From positions 1,428,488-1,452,487 of the forward strand of contig NZ_JAODBT010000001.1 in the NCBI RefSeq assembly GCF_027497995.1: 24,000 nucleotides of DNA. Reading direction: 5' to 3'. Below, one piece after another: positions 15,904 through 23,908 of this stretch (position 1 is its first letter; each line of letters opens with the position of its first letter). Under the pieces are notes generated by a model, which had not been told where the DNA came from, did not search any database, and saw only the letters and a list, made by a program, of their open reading frames with translations. The position numbers were made by a program, and so were the translations under genes. The stretch comes from Stenotrophomonas sp. Iso1. GTDB taxonomy: Bacteria > Pseudomonadota > Gammaproteobacteria > Xanthomonadales > Xanthomonadaceae.

Positions 15904-15936
15904 AAAACGCGCCGCTTCCTGCGGCGCGTTTTTTTT
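15904..15936 (+). terminator. Rho-independent terminator
   Basis: A perfect 10-bp stem AACGCGCCGC / GCGGCGCGTT (15906-15915 / 15921-15930) with loop TTCCT, running into a T8 tract (15929-15936). It lies 34 nt after the stop at 15870. Confidence 0.88.
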
Positions 15937-15976
15937 ATGGCCATCTAAACTGGCTATCGGATGAGGGGAGTACGAC

Positions 15977-16348
15977 ATGTTTCTGCAGGAGCGGCGTAAA
16001 AATAAGCCTTCTTTCCTGGCGTTTTGTGGGGGGCTGTTGGCAGCGGCGGCGGTGGGGCTTTCAGCTTATGCCTCGCATGGCGTGACCGAGCCTTTGGCGC
16101 AGTCGCATCTGAACACTGCAGCGCTGTATGCGTTTGGGCATGGCGTGGCATTGGCGGCGCTAGGAGCGAAGTCACAGCATCCGCTCGGGCGCATTGCCCT
16201 TTGCGTGCTGCTATTGGGGACGCTGCTGTTCTCAGGCAGTCTGGCCGGCAACGTGCTGATGAAATGGCCCACCACGCTCGCGCCGTTCGGTGGCATGACT
16301 TTGATGGGCGGCTGGGTGTTGCTGGCTTTCAGTGCGTTGAAGCGCTGA
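15977..16348 (+). CDS. DUF423 (YgdD-like) small membrane protein
   Basis: 123 aa with 4 TM helices. The conserved patterns GAYASHG-like (LSAYASHG), AFGHGVA and LFSGSL match the E. coli YgdD family layout. GAGGGGAG lies upstream. Confidence 0.85.
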   Translation: MFLQERRKNKPSFLAFCGGLLAAAAVGLSAYASHGVTEPLAQSHLNTAALYAFGHGVALAALGAKSQHPLGRIALCVLLLGTLLFSGSLAGNVLMKWPTTLAPFGGMTLMGGWVLLAFSALKR

Positions 16349-16352
16349 CGTC

Positions 16353-17027
16353 ATGCCTCGTTATGCGCGTGGCTTTGATGTCGAGCAGGCACTGGAGCAC
16401 TTGCAGCGTAAGGATAGGCGGCTGGCGACATGGATTCGCCGGCTCGGTCCGCTGCCAGCGCCCGATGGCTGGCGTAAATCGTTTGATCCGGTGGATGCGC
16501 TGGCGCGCGCCATTTTATTCCAGCAGCTCAGCGGCAAGGCGGCATCGACCATCGTCGGCCGGGTGGAGGCGGCCATCGGCAGCAAGCGTCTGCATGCCGG
16601 TACGCTGGGTGTGATCGATGACGCGGCGCTGCGCGCCTGTGGTGTCTCCGGTAACAAGGCATTGGCGCTGCGAGACCTCGCGCGTCGTGAAGCGGCGGGC
16701 GAACTGCCTTCATTGCGACAGATGGCGGTGATGGGCCATGAGGACATCATCAATGCGCTGGTGCCGGTGCGTGGCATCGGCCGTTGGACGGTGGAGATGA
16801 TGCTGATGTTCCGCCTTGGCCGGCCGGACATCCTGCCCATTGATGACCTGGGCATCCGCAAAGGTGCGCAGCGTGTGGATGGCGCCGAGGCGATGCTGAC
16901 GCCCAAGGCGTTGGCCGAGCGTGGTGAACGCTGGGGGCCGTACCGTACCTATGCCAGCCTTTATCTCTGGCGTATTGCTGACTTCACTGCAGACCCCAAA
17001 CTCAAGACCAATCGTTCGCAGGACTGA
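16353..17027 (+). CDS. DNA-3-methyladenine glycosylase II family protein (AlkA-like, HhH-GPD)
   Basis: HhH-GPD core: LVPVRGIGRWTVEMMLMFRLGRPDILPIDDLGIRKG, i.e. a helix-hairpin-helix followed by the catalytic Asp context. The start is 4 nt after the DUF423 stop. Confidence 0.85.
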   Translation: MPRYARGFDVEQALEHLQRKDRRLATWIRRLGPLPAPDGWRKSFDPVDALARAILFQQLSGKAASTIVGRVEAAIGSKRLHAGTLGVIDDAALRACGVSGNKALALRDLARREAAGELPSLRQMAVMGHEDIINALVPVRGIGRWTVEMMLMFRLGRPDILPIDDLGIRKGAQRVDGAEAMLTPKALAERGERWGPYRTYASLYLWRIADFTADPKLKTNRSQD

Positions 17028-17045
17028 GCACCTTGCCGTCTTCAA

Positions 17046-17444
17046 TCAAAAGCGGTGGCTGCGGAATACCGCCTGGGTGCCGATGACCAGAAGCAACAAA
17101 AGCGCCAGTGGGGCCAGCAAGGCATAGGCAGGTAGTGGCGAAAACAGCCAGACAATGAGCAGGGCATGCAGCTCGGAATACAACAGCAGCAGGCATGCAC
17201 AGATGCGGCTGCGACGGTACGTGCCATAGGCCAGTACGAAGTACGGCAGGCTGTTGCCCAGCATGATCCAGAGCGTCACGTTCTGCGAGACCGCCTCAAT
17301 TCGCCATGCCCATACCGTCATGATCAATTGGGTGATGCCCAGTAGTGCGCCTGTAGTTGCCATCAAGACGATGGCTTTTGCCAGTGGTCCACGTGCTGCG
17401 ACCTCGATGCTGACCGCGCTGCTGCGATAGGGGCTGTCGTCCAT
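17046..17444 (-). CDS. hypothetical 4-TM membrane protein (paralogue of 17485..17997)
   Basis: 132 aa, MDDSPYRSS... It shares its N-terminal (S/N)PY(R/Q)SS motif, the YGTYRRSR / FGIYKRSR loop and overall helix layout with the neighbouring gene. Confidence 0.55.
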   Translation of the reverse strand: MDDSPYRSSAVSIEVAARGPLAKAIVLMATTGALLGITQLIMTVWAWRIEAVSQNVTLWIMLGNSLPYFVLAYGTYRRSRICACLLLLYSELHALLIVWLFSPLPAYALLAPLALLLLLVIGTQAVFRSHRF

Positions 17445-17484
17445 GACGCGTTATTCCGGTGGTAACGATGGGGCGGGTGTCGCG

Positions 17485-17997
17485 TCAGGATGCGCCTGCA
17501 TCCGGACCACTACGGTTGAATGCGGGACTGTCTGCGAGTGATTTGCGCGGTGCAGGCGGATTGCGCTGCCACTCTTTGAGGAGCCGATGATAGCGATAGG
17601 TGGCGGTCATCGCGCGGAAATAAAACGTCGCAAACACCAGACCGAGGATCAGCCCTGTGGGGAGGCCGGTGTCGAGCATGATGAGAATTTTGGACAGCAC
17701 GAAGTACACGAACATGATGGTTGCTGCGGTTCGGCTGCGTTTGTAGATGCCGAAGGCAAGCGCGGCAATCAGCGCCACGTCGACGAAATTCCACGCGCTG
17801 AACACCGGCTCACTGCTGTCGGAAACAGAGGTCATGGAAACCACCGTCAGGATCAGCGTCAATGCGCATGACACACAGGCTGTGATCCATCCATTGCGGA
17901 TGGGCGAGGTGATGGTGTCGGGAATATCGGCCTCGAGCCGCTTGTGCACCTGCATCACCGGTGCAGTGGAGCTTTGATAAGGGTTGTGTCCGTCCAT
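17485..17997 (-). CDS. hypothetical 4-TM membrane protein (paralogue of 17046..17444)
   Basis: Track ORF trimmed to the ATG at 17997 (MDGHNPYQSSTAPV...), because the longer form overlaps the upstream gene. 170 aa with a basic/Pro-rich C-terminal tail. Confidence 0.6.
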   Translation of the reverse strand: MDGHNPYQSSTAPVMQVHKRLEADIPDTITSPIRNGWITACVSCALTLILTVVSMTSVSDSSEPVFSAWNFVDVALIAALAFGIYKRSRTAATIMFVYFVLSKILIMLDTGLPTGLILGLVFATFYFRAMTATYRYHRLLKEWQRNPPAPRKSLADSPAFNRSGPDAGAS

Positions 17998-18077
17998 GGG
18001 CGCTCTCTCTTTGAAAGTCGAGTGAGGGTGATTCAGTGCGATTGAGGCCGCCGCACTTCCGTAGGAATACAGCGGTT

Positions 18078-18884
18078 TCAGGCAATGCCCATCCAACACC
18101 AATGCCATGGCTCGTAAATGATGCCGTGCGGGTTGTCGCGCGGGTAGCTCATATGGAAACCGTAATCAGCGGCATGCTGTTGCAGCCAGGCGAAGGCATC
18201 GCTGTGTTCGAAGGATTCTTCGGCTGGGGGTTCACCGGGCGCGCCGATGTCCAGCGCGTTGCCGCCGTGGTGCTCACTGAAGCCCGGTGCTGCGTTGACA
18301 GTGAGGATGTCGGACACACTCAACCCGCGCGCGAGTTTTCGTTCAAAGATGCCCAGCTGATAGTCATGGCTGCGATAGCCGGAAATCGCGTCCATCGCGA
18401 TGCCGCTGGCGGCAGCGGCGTCATGCATGCGCTGCCAGCTGCGTGCTGCGGGGCGGGTCAGCCACAACGGGCGGCGATAACGGTCGAAGCCTGCCAGTAC
18501 CAGATGCGCCGGTTCGGCGATCAGCCACAACCCGGTTTCTGCAGCGTAGTCATCGCTGTCCAGGCCCAACTGGTCAAGGCGGTGCTGGAGTTGATGCAGC
18601 GGCAGTTCGCCTTGCGGCGGCGGGATGCGTGCGGGTAGCGACAGATGCGCGTCCAGTAGTGACAGCGCGTGGTCAATGCCGGGTACTTCCGGCAGCCGGG
18701 TGATCAACGGCATCAGGCCACGCGGCAGTTGCACCGCAAGATAGCGGCCATCACATTTACGGCGCAGCACATGGCTGGCCCGCGCCAGCAGACGCGCATC
18801 GTGGTTGCTGCGCGCGCGCAGTAGGCCGCCGGGCCAGATTTCGATGTCCGGCGTGTTGAGCAGGAGATGGGGAGCGTTGCGCAT
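18078..18884 (-). CDS. M15B (VanY-type) D-alanyl-D-alanine/LD-carboxypeptidase family protein with an unrecognised ~130-aa N-terminal domain
   Basis: C-terminal half carries SGYRSHDYQ, the zinc site SEHHGGNALDI (HxxxxxxD) and EPWHW. No signal peptide or TM helix is visible at the N-terminus. Confidence 0.85.
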   Translation of the reverse strand: MRNAPHLLLNTPDIEIWPGGLLRARSNHDARLLARASHVLRRKCDGRYLAVQLPRGLMPLITRLPEVPGIDHALSLLDAHLSLPARIPPPQGELPLHQLQHRLDQLGLDSDDYAAETGLWLIAEPAHLVLAGFDRYRRPLWLTRPAARSWQRMHDAAAASGIAMDAISGYRSHDYQLGIFERKLARGLSVSDILTVNAAPGFSEHHGGNALDIGAPGEPPAEESFEHSDAFAWLQQHAADYGFHMSYPRDNPHGIIYEPWHWCWMGIA

Positions 18885-18893
18885 GTGGCCAGC

Positions 18894-19463
18894 TTAGGCC
18901 CGGTTGCGACTGTCGGCCAGTTGCTTGAGTTCTTCGAGCAGAGCGCGTGGCTGCTCGGGGCTGATCAGCACACTGTTGCCATCGCGCAGGGGGATTACCA
19001 GCACGCGACTGTCATCGGTGATCAGGCAAAAGCCCTTGCCACCATCCTTCATATGAAAGTGGCCGGCACGGAACCCCGGGAACTGAAAGCCGTTGGATTT
19101 CATGCCCGGTTTGAAGTCGGGGTTTTCGGCGAAGTTGACGACGCGGGCGCGGTCCAGCCGCATCGAGCTCAGTGGCACCCGCCGGGTATACAGCGTGGCG
19201 GCAATGGTCAGTTGCTGGGGCTCCAGGCGCAGTTCACGACGAAGGTAGGCCAGAGTCAACGCGCCTCCCACCAGTGGCAGTACCAGCCAGCCGCCCCACG
19301 AGTTGATGGAGGCATCGAATGGCGGTTTGCCGGCGAACAGTTGGATCAACGGGTCGATGCTGAGCACCAGCAGCAGGGGTGCCCACAACCAGAACAGCAG
19401 CGAGCTGGTCGGGGCGGCGACCTTGAGGGGGCTCGAGGCGGTTGAGGTGTGGCGGCTGCTCAT
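18894..19463 (-). CDS. membrane protein with two N-terminal TM helices and a bacterial PH-like (DUF304/bPH-type) C-terminal domain
   Basis: Trimmed to the ATG at 19463 (ATGA overlap with the upstream hydrolase stop). TM helices LLFWLWAPLLLVLSI and WLVLPLVGGALTLAYL are followed by RRELRLEPQQLTI...RVP..., a beta-rich ~100-aa region. The domain call is by pattern only. Confidence 0.5.
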   Translation of the reverse strand: MSSRHTSTASSPLKVAAPTSSLLFWLWAPLLLVLSIDPLIQLFAGKPPFDASINSWGGWLVLPLVGGALTLAYLRRELRLEPQQLTIAATLYTRRVPLSSMRLDRARVVNFAENPDFKPGMKSNGFQFPGFRAGHFHMKDGGKGFCLITDDSRVLVIPLRDGNSVLISPEQPRALLEELKQLADSRNRA

Positions 19464-20758
19464 GGGCGTGCCTTGATCCACTGGGCGATGTCATCGATCA
19501 GGCCTGTATCGACATGGCCGGGTTGTTCGTACTCCGCCATCCCGCCTTTGCCATTGCTGGTGATGCCCAGATGGTTAAGGGCGGGGTAGTGATGGAAGCG
19601 ATAGCGTTCGCCCTGCAGGCCCTTCTTCCACAGCTGCCATTCGGCGTCGACTACCTGAAAGTCGCGGCCGCCTTGCAGCAGTAAGACGGGCAGGCCGCTG
19701 CCGCGCACATCGGCTACTGGATCCACCTGCTCAAGCTGCTGCCAGAAGCGACCGGGCAGATTCATCAATGTCGCGTCCGGGTCGCGTCGTACCTTGGCAA
19801 TGGCCGCATTCAATGCGTCGAGGTGAGCGTGCTCCTCGGCGCTGATGCTCCCGTCGAGGCTGACCAGATAGCGGTTCTGCTCGGCAAGGATGTCGAGAAT
19901 GGGGCGCACCGGTGCAGCCAGCAGCACCAGGCCGGCAAGCTTGCCGTCACTGGCCTTGGCGATGCGGCCGGCCAGCATGCCGCCCTGGCTATGGCCGAGC
20001 ACGTAGATGTGTTTGGCGTCGATGCCTGCCGTCGCGGTGAGCGCGGCAAGAGCGGCGACGGCATCGTCGGTGGTTTCATCATCAATGCTGAAGGCACCGC
20101 TGAAATCCTGTGGGCGCGCATGCGTGCGTTTTTCGTAGCGCAGCACGGCAATACCCTGCGCGGCGAGGCCTCGTGCGATGTCCAGGAACGGGCGGTTCGG
20201 ACCGATGGTTTCATCACGGTCCTGCGGACCGGAGCCGTGCACCAGTACCACCGCCGGGAACGGCCCATTGCCCTTGGGCAGCGCCAGTGTGCCGGGCAGG
20301 CCGTTCTTTCCTTCCGGCCCAATCGGCACGATGAAAGGCTGTTCGATGAAGGCGGCATCTACCGCAGGTGCAGTGGCTGGCGGCGGTGCGGCCGGTTGCA
20401 CCAGGAAGCCGACAACCTTGTCGTCCTTGTCCAGCACGATGCGTGCCTGCAACCGCCCCTTGGCGTATTCCAGTGGAATGACGACGATACGGAAGCCTTC
20501 CGCCTCACTGGTTTGCGCATCACCGCGCTTGCCGGCAGCGCCCATCTGCGCAGGCAACGATTCCCACACCGCCTGGAGTTTGTCGGCCGGCACGGCGGCC
20601 TTCATCTCCGCTGAAAACATCGCTTCAGCTGCGCTGTACTGCGCAGCATCGAGTTGATCGAGCAGCCGTGTGGCCAGTGTGGCCGGTGCGTCGGCGGCAA
20701 AACTGGTGGCCGATGTCATGAGCAGCATGGCCGAGATCCATCCGCTGAGACGCTTCAT
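19460..20758 (-). CDS. secreted alpha/beta-fold serine hydrolase with N-terminal DUF3887-like domain
   Basis: Signal peptide [21 protein letters not shown]|AD. Nucleophile elbow GHSQGG, acid in LLLQGGRDFQV, and His in PALNHLG. Confidence 0.85.
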   Translation of the reverse strand: MKRLSGWISAMLLMTSATSFAADAPATLATRLLDQLDAAQYSAAEAMFSAEMKAAVPADKLQAVWESLPAQMGAAGKRGDAQTSEAEGFRIVVIPLEYAKGRLQARIVLDKDDKVVGFLVQPAAPPPATAPAVDAAFIEQPFIVPIGPEGKNGLPGTLALPKGNGPFPAVVLVHGSGPQDRDETIGPNRPFLDIARGLAAQGIAVLRYEKRTHARPQDFSGAFSIDDETTDDAVAALAALTATAGIDAKHIYVLGHSQGGMLAGRIAKASDGKLAGLVLLAAPVRPILDILAEQNRYLVSLDGSISAEEHAHLDALNAAIAKVRRDPDATLMNLPGRFWQQLEQVDPVADVRGSGLPVLLLQGGRDFQVVDAEWQLWKKGLQGERYRFHHYPALNHLGITSNGKGGMAEYEQPGHVDTGLIDDIAQWIKARP

Positions 20759-20940
20759 TACTGCTCCTTTTTGAAGATCAGTAGCCCGGGCGAGAGCTGA
20801 CCGTAATGCACCATGTTGACCAGTTCCCAGCCCAGGTTGCCCTGTTTGGTGAGTTCGGCCTGCACCTTTTCCGGGTGTGGACCACCTTTCATCATTGAAG
20901 GAGGCATTTCGATGGTGAGGTACTGCCAGCGCTTGCTCAT
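20758..20940 (-). CDS. DUF4177 domain protein
   Basis: 60 aa. [12 protein letters not shown]...[15 protein letters not shown]...LLIFKKE fits the DUF4177 pattern (W-E/Q-Y ... GxxGWELV ... hydrophobic-K-R/K). Its TAA overlaps the next ATG by 1 nt (TAATG). Confidence 0.7.
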   Translation of the reverse strand: MSKRWQYLTIEMPPSMMKGGPHPEKVQAELTKQGNLGWELVNMVHYGQLSPGLLIFKKEQ

Positions 20941-21116
20941 TGATCTTCCTCGGTATCTGACTTGGGTTGTGGAAGTCGCCCGGCCTTGCGCAGGGCGTCG
21001 CGTATCACGTACTCGATCTGCGCGTTGAGGCTGCGCAGTTCGTCGTCGGCCCAGCGCTGGGTCGCCGCCAGTACTTCAGCGTTGATTCGCAGCGGGTAGG
21101 CCTTTTTTTCGTTCAC
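20937..21116 (-). CDS. ribbon-helix-helix (Arc/MetJ-like) DNA-binding protein
   Basis: (V)[45 protein letters not shown] shows the Arc-family pattern: beta-strand P-L-R-I, then helices ending in RSLNAQIEY. There is no ATG in the domain frame. A GTG at 21116 forms a GTGA overlap with the upstream stop, and an ATGA overlap with DUF4177 lies at the 3' end. The 136-aa track ORF is over-extended. Confidence 0.6.
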   Translation of the reverse strand: MNEKKAYPLRINAEVLAATQRWADDELRSLNAQIEYVIRDALRKAGRLPQPKSDTEEDQ

Positions 21117-21403
21117 TTCCTGGGTGCCCCGTTGTTGTCGCGGCGCAGGTGCAGCACCAGCGACACTCCCAGCGCGTTGACCGCCACTACCAGTGCGATC
21201 ACAACGCCGTAAGCGATGTTGCGGTTGTCGCCGGCCAAGTACACGCCAATGGCGCCGATGAAAAGACATAGCGCGATCAGCGCCCAGCGCAGGCCCATGC
21301 CGCGTGCATGCGCGGTGCCGGGGCGACCGCTCCAGGTAGCAAAGCACAGTGCGGGGATGCCAGTGGCGGCGATGATCAGGGGGGCGATTGCATTCACTTC
21401 CAT
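21113..21403 (-). CDS. small 3-TM membrane protein, no family recognised
   Basis: 96 aa with three hydrophobic helices. GC3 is as high as in flanking genes. GAGGT lies just upstream of the ATG. It starts 15 nt after the SPFH stop. Confidence 0.6.
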   Translation of the reverse strand: MEVNAIAPLIIAATGIPALCFATWSGRPGTAHARGMGLRWALIALCLFIGAIGVYLAGDNRNIAYGVVIALVVAVNALGVSLVLHLRRDNNGAPRK

Positions 21404-21418
21404 TACCTCATTACGTAA

Positions 21419-22300
21419 TCAGTACAGCGAGCCGGCATTGATGACCGGCTGGGTGCCGCGATCGGAGCACAACACCGTGAGCAGATTGCTGACCATCTGT
21501 GCCTTGCGCTCTTCGTCCAGGTGAACCACGGCGTTCTTCTGTAGTTCCAGCAGGGCCATTTCGACCATGCCCACCGCGCCGGCGACGATCTGTGTGCGCG
21601 CCGCGATCACCGCGCTGGCCTGCTGGCGCTGCAGCATGGCCTGGGCGATTTCTGGTGCGTAGGCGAGGTGGCTGATGCGTGCGTCGATCACCTGCACGCC
21701 GGCATCGGCGAGGCGTTCGGCCAGTTCGTCTTTCAGGTGCTGGGAGATTTCGGCCGCGTGGCTGCGCAGTGCCAGCTGACCATCGGTGTGCTGGTCGTAC
21801 GGATAGCTGGTGGCCATTGCACGCAGTGCGGACTCGGACTGGATGTGCACGAAGCTCTCATAGTCGTCCACGTTGTAGACGGCCTCGGACGCATCAACCA
21901 CCTGCCAGACGATGACGGCAGCGATTTCGATGGGCGAACCGCCCAACTCGTTGACCTTGAGCTTGCCACTTTCAAAATTGCGCACGCGCTGGCTGACTTT
22001 GCGCTTGCTGAAAAAAGGGTTGTTCCAGCGCAGGCCGTTGTCCTTGACGGTGCCAACGTACTTGCCGAACAGGCTCAGCACTGCCACTTGGTTGGGCTGA
22101 ACCATGTACAGACCGCAGCTGAGGAAGATGCCGACGGTCACCAGCACGATGCCGCTGAGAACCAGCCAGCCGCCGCCGCTGACGCCATTCGTATTGAGCA
22201 TCGCGGCTAGGATGATGGCGCCGGCGCCGGCCAGCATCAGGACAAGCATGCCGAGCAGGGTGGGGATGCCGGACAGGGAGCTGATGGACTTCTCTTTCAT
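21419..22300 (-). CDS. SPFH (stomatin/prohibitin/flotillin/HflKC, band 7) domain membrane protein
   Basis: Two N-terminal TM helices, then [30 protein letters not shown]... (SPFH core), then an Ala/Gln-rich coiled-coil segment ([17 protein letters not shown]). Confidence 0.9.
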   Translation of the reverse strand: MKEKSISSLSGIPTLLGMLVLMLAGAGAIILAAMLNTNGVSGGGWLVLSGIVLVTVGIFLSCGLYMVQPNQVAVLSLFGKYVGTVKDNGLRWNNPFFSKRKVSQRVRNFESGKLKVNELGGSPIEIAAVIVWQVVDASEAVYNVDDYESFVHIQSESALRAMATSYPYDQHTDGQLALRSHAAEISQHLKDELAERLADAGVQVIDARISHLAYAPEIAQAMLQRQQASAVIAARTQIVAGAVGMVEMALLELQKNAVVHLDEERKAQMVSNLLTVLCSDRGTQPVINAGSLY

Positions 22301-22330
22301 GGCGGATCTTCCGTGGTGGTTGGGTTGAAA

Positions 22331-22347
22331 GATATCAAATTGATATC
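22331..22347. promoter_or_regulatory. perfect 17-bp palindrome GATATCAA-A-TTGATATC, candidate operator on the SPFH-operon promoter
   Basis: 8-bp arms with one central base, 31-47 nt upstream of the SPFH ATG. It is the only AT-rich patch in this 342-bp divergent intergenic region. On the minus strand it fills the spacer of a possible TTGCGA-N16-TATCTT promoter and overlaps its -10. Confidence 0.4.
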
Positions 22348-22642
22348 AACTCGCAAGTGCCGGGCGGTGAGGTGAGGGGTGCCTTTCCCGAGCGGCCGGA
22401 GATCGCTCCAGTCCTTGGCCGCCGCCCTGTGCTGAGCGGCGGGAACCCAGGCCGGGTAAGCGCATCGGGTGGGGCGGGATTGGAGGGGGAATGAGCCACT
22501 CCCTCAATGGGGCGTGCTTAGGGCTGGCGACGGGCCAGCTGGGTGCCCGGCTGTAATCGCCCGAGACATCCGCCGAGTGCACGGCAGCGCAGGGCACGTC
22601 CTAGAATGTGCATCCTCTTTAGCGCCTGCCCGGAACTGCCTG

Positions 22643-23830
22643 ATGATCACCCTCGGTACCCCGCTGTCCCTGTCCGCCACCCGCGTTCTGCTCCTCGGCT
22701 CCGGCGAACTGGGCAAGGAAGTGGCCATCGAGCTGCAGCGTTTTGGCGTGGAGGTGATCGCCGCCGACCGTTACGCCAATGCCCCGGCCATGCAGGTCGC
22801 CCACCGCAGCCATGTGCTCGACATGCTCGATCCCGCCGCATTGAAGGCGCTGATCGAGCAGGAGAAGCCGCATCTGGTGGTACCTGAAATCGAGGCCATC
22901 CATACCGAAACCCTGGTGCAGTTGGAAGCCGAACACGGCCTGCGGGTGATCCCGACCGCACGCGCGGCGCGCCTGACCATGGATCGCGAAGGCATCCGCC
23001 GTCTGGCCGCCGAAACCCTGGGCCTGCCAACCTCGGCATATCGTTTTGTCGATACCGAAGCCGAATACCGCGAGGCGGTCGCCGCTATCGGCCTGCCGTG
23101 CGTGGTCAAGCCGGTGATGTCGTCTTCCGGCAAGGGGCAAAGCACGCTTCGCAGCGATGCCGATATCGGCCCGGCGTGGGATTACGCCCAGACCGGCGGC
23201 CGTGCCGGTGCGGGCCGTTGCATCGTCGAAGGTTTCATCGACTTTGATTACGAAATCACCCTGCTGACCGTGCGCCATGCCGGCGGTACAGCGTTCTGCG
23301 ATCCGGTGGGCCACCTGCAGAAGGACGGCGATTACCGCGAAAGCTGGCAGCCGCAGGCGATGTCGGCCAAGGCGCTGGAACGCGCCCAGGACGTCGCGCG
23401 CGCCATCACCGATGACCTCGGTGGCTGGGGCCTGTTTGGTGTGGAGTTGTTCGTGAAGGGCGACGAGGTGTGGTTCAGTGAAGTGTCGCCACGCCCCCAT
23501 GACACCGGTCTGGTAACGCTGGTGTCGCAGGAACTGAGCGAATTCGCACTGCATGCGCGCGCCATCCTTGGCTTGCCGGTTCCGACCATCCGCCACAACG
23601 GCGCATCGGCTTCCTGCGCGATGTTGGCGCAGGGCAACGGCGTGCCGTTCTTCAGCAATGTGGCCGAAGCACTGGTGCACCCGGATTCGGCACTGCGCCT
23701 GTTCGGCAAGCCGATGGTGCAGGGCCAGCGCCGCGTGGGTGTCACCCTCGCACGCGCGGCGGATGTGGATCAGGCACGTGCGATCGCGCGTGATGCGGCG
23801 TCAGCCATTGGTATCGAGCTGCGCGCATAA
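22643..23830 (+). CDS. purT: formate-dependent phosphoribosylglycinamide formyltransferase (GAR transformylase 2)
   Basis: Track ORF trimmed to [44 protein letters not shown]..., which is near-colinear with E. coli PurT across the whole length (e.g. [38 protein letters not shown]). TAGAAT lies at 22602-22607. Confidence 0.97.
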   Translation: MITLGTPLSLSATRVLLLGSGELGKEVAIELQRFGVEVIAADRYANAPAMQVAHRSHVLDMLDPAALKALIEQEKPHLVVPEIEAIHTETLVQLEAEHGLRVIPTARAARLTMDREGIRRLAAETLGLPTSAYRFVDTEAEYREAVAAIGLPCVVKPVMSSSGKGQSTLRSDADIGPAWDYAQTGGRAGAGRCIVEGFIDFDYEITLLTVRHAGGTAFCDPVGHLQKDGDYRESWQPQAMSAKALERAQDVARAITDDLGGWGLFGVELFVKGDEVWFSEVSPRPHDTGLVTLVSQELSEFALHARAILGLPVPTIRHNGASASCAMLAQGNGVPFFSNVAEALVHPDSALRLFGKPMVQGQRRVGVTLARAADVDQARAIARDAASAIGIELRA

Positions 23831-23861
23831 CCCGCAACCCCGGGCTTGGATTTGCAGATAC

Positions 23862-23890
23862 AAAAACGCCGGCTTTCGCCGGCGTTTTCT
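23862..23890. terminator. bidirectional Rho-independent terminator between purT and the convergent gene
   Basis: AAAAACGCCGGC-TTTC-GCCGGCGTTTT. The GC stem is flanked by an A-run on one side and a T-run on the other, so it reads as a terminator on both strands. Confidence 0.8.
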
Positions 23891-23908
23891 GTGTGCAGAC
23901 GGAGCCGC

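Noticed and set aside
14668-15978. 436-aa ORF antisense to the SRPBCC/GyrI gene. Similar long shadows occur at 394..1359 (+), 1600..2448 (+), 2962..3864 (+), 3596..4612 (-), 7926..8963 (-), 19823..20614 (+) and 22619..23680 (-)
   Set aside because: Each lies opposite a CDS with clear family motifs. Each translates to Arg/Ala/Gly/His-rich sequence without recognisable domains. This is the stop-poor antisense frame expected of ~65-70% GC coding DNA.
21102-21110. A_AAA_AAG heptamer (dnaX-type -1 frameshift slippery site, in the correct zero-frame phasing) at codons 3-5 of the RHH gene
   Set aside because: It lies at the extreme 5' end of a 59-codon gene. No downstream stimulatory hairpin is evident, and no meaningful -1 frame product would result. 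It most likely just encodes the Lys-Lys pair.
22520-22583. Possible ZTP (pfl-motif) riboswitch upstream of purT: CTGGCGAC, then a hairpin GGGC...GCCC, then CCGCCGAGTGCA, vaguely like GACUGGCGAAC ... CCGCCUGGGCA
   Set aside because: The association would make biological sense, because purT bypasses 10-formyl-THF. However, the conserved 3' element differs at several normally invariant positions. I cannot draw a convincing P3 hairpin or terminator. The best -10 box (TAGAAT, 22602-22607) lies downstream of the element, so it may not be transcribed with purT. A cmsearch with Rfam RF01750 would decide; a score below the gathering threshold confirms rejection.
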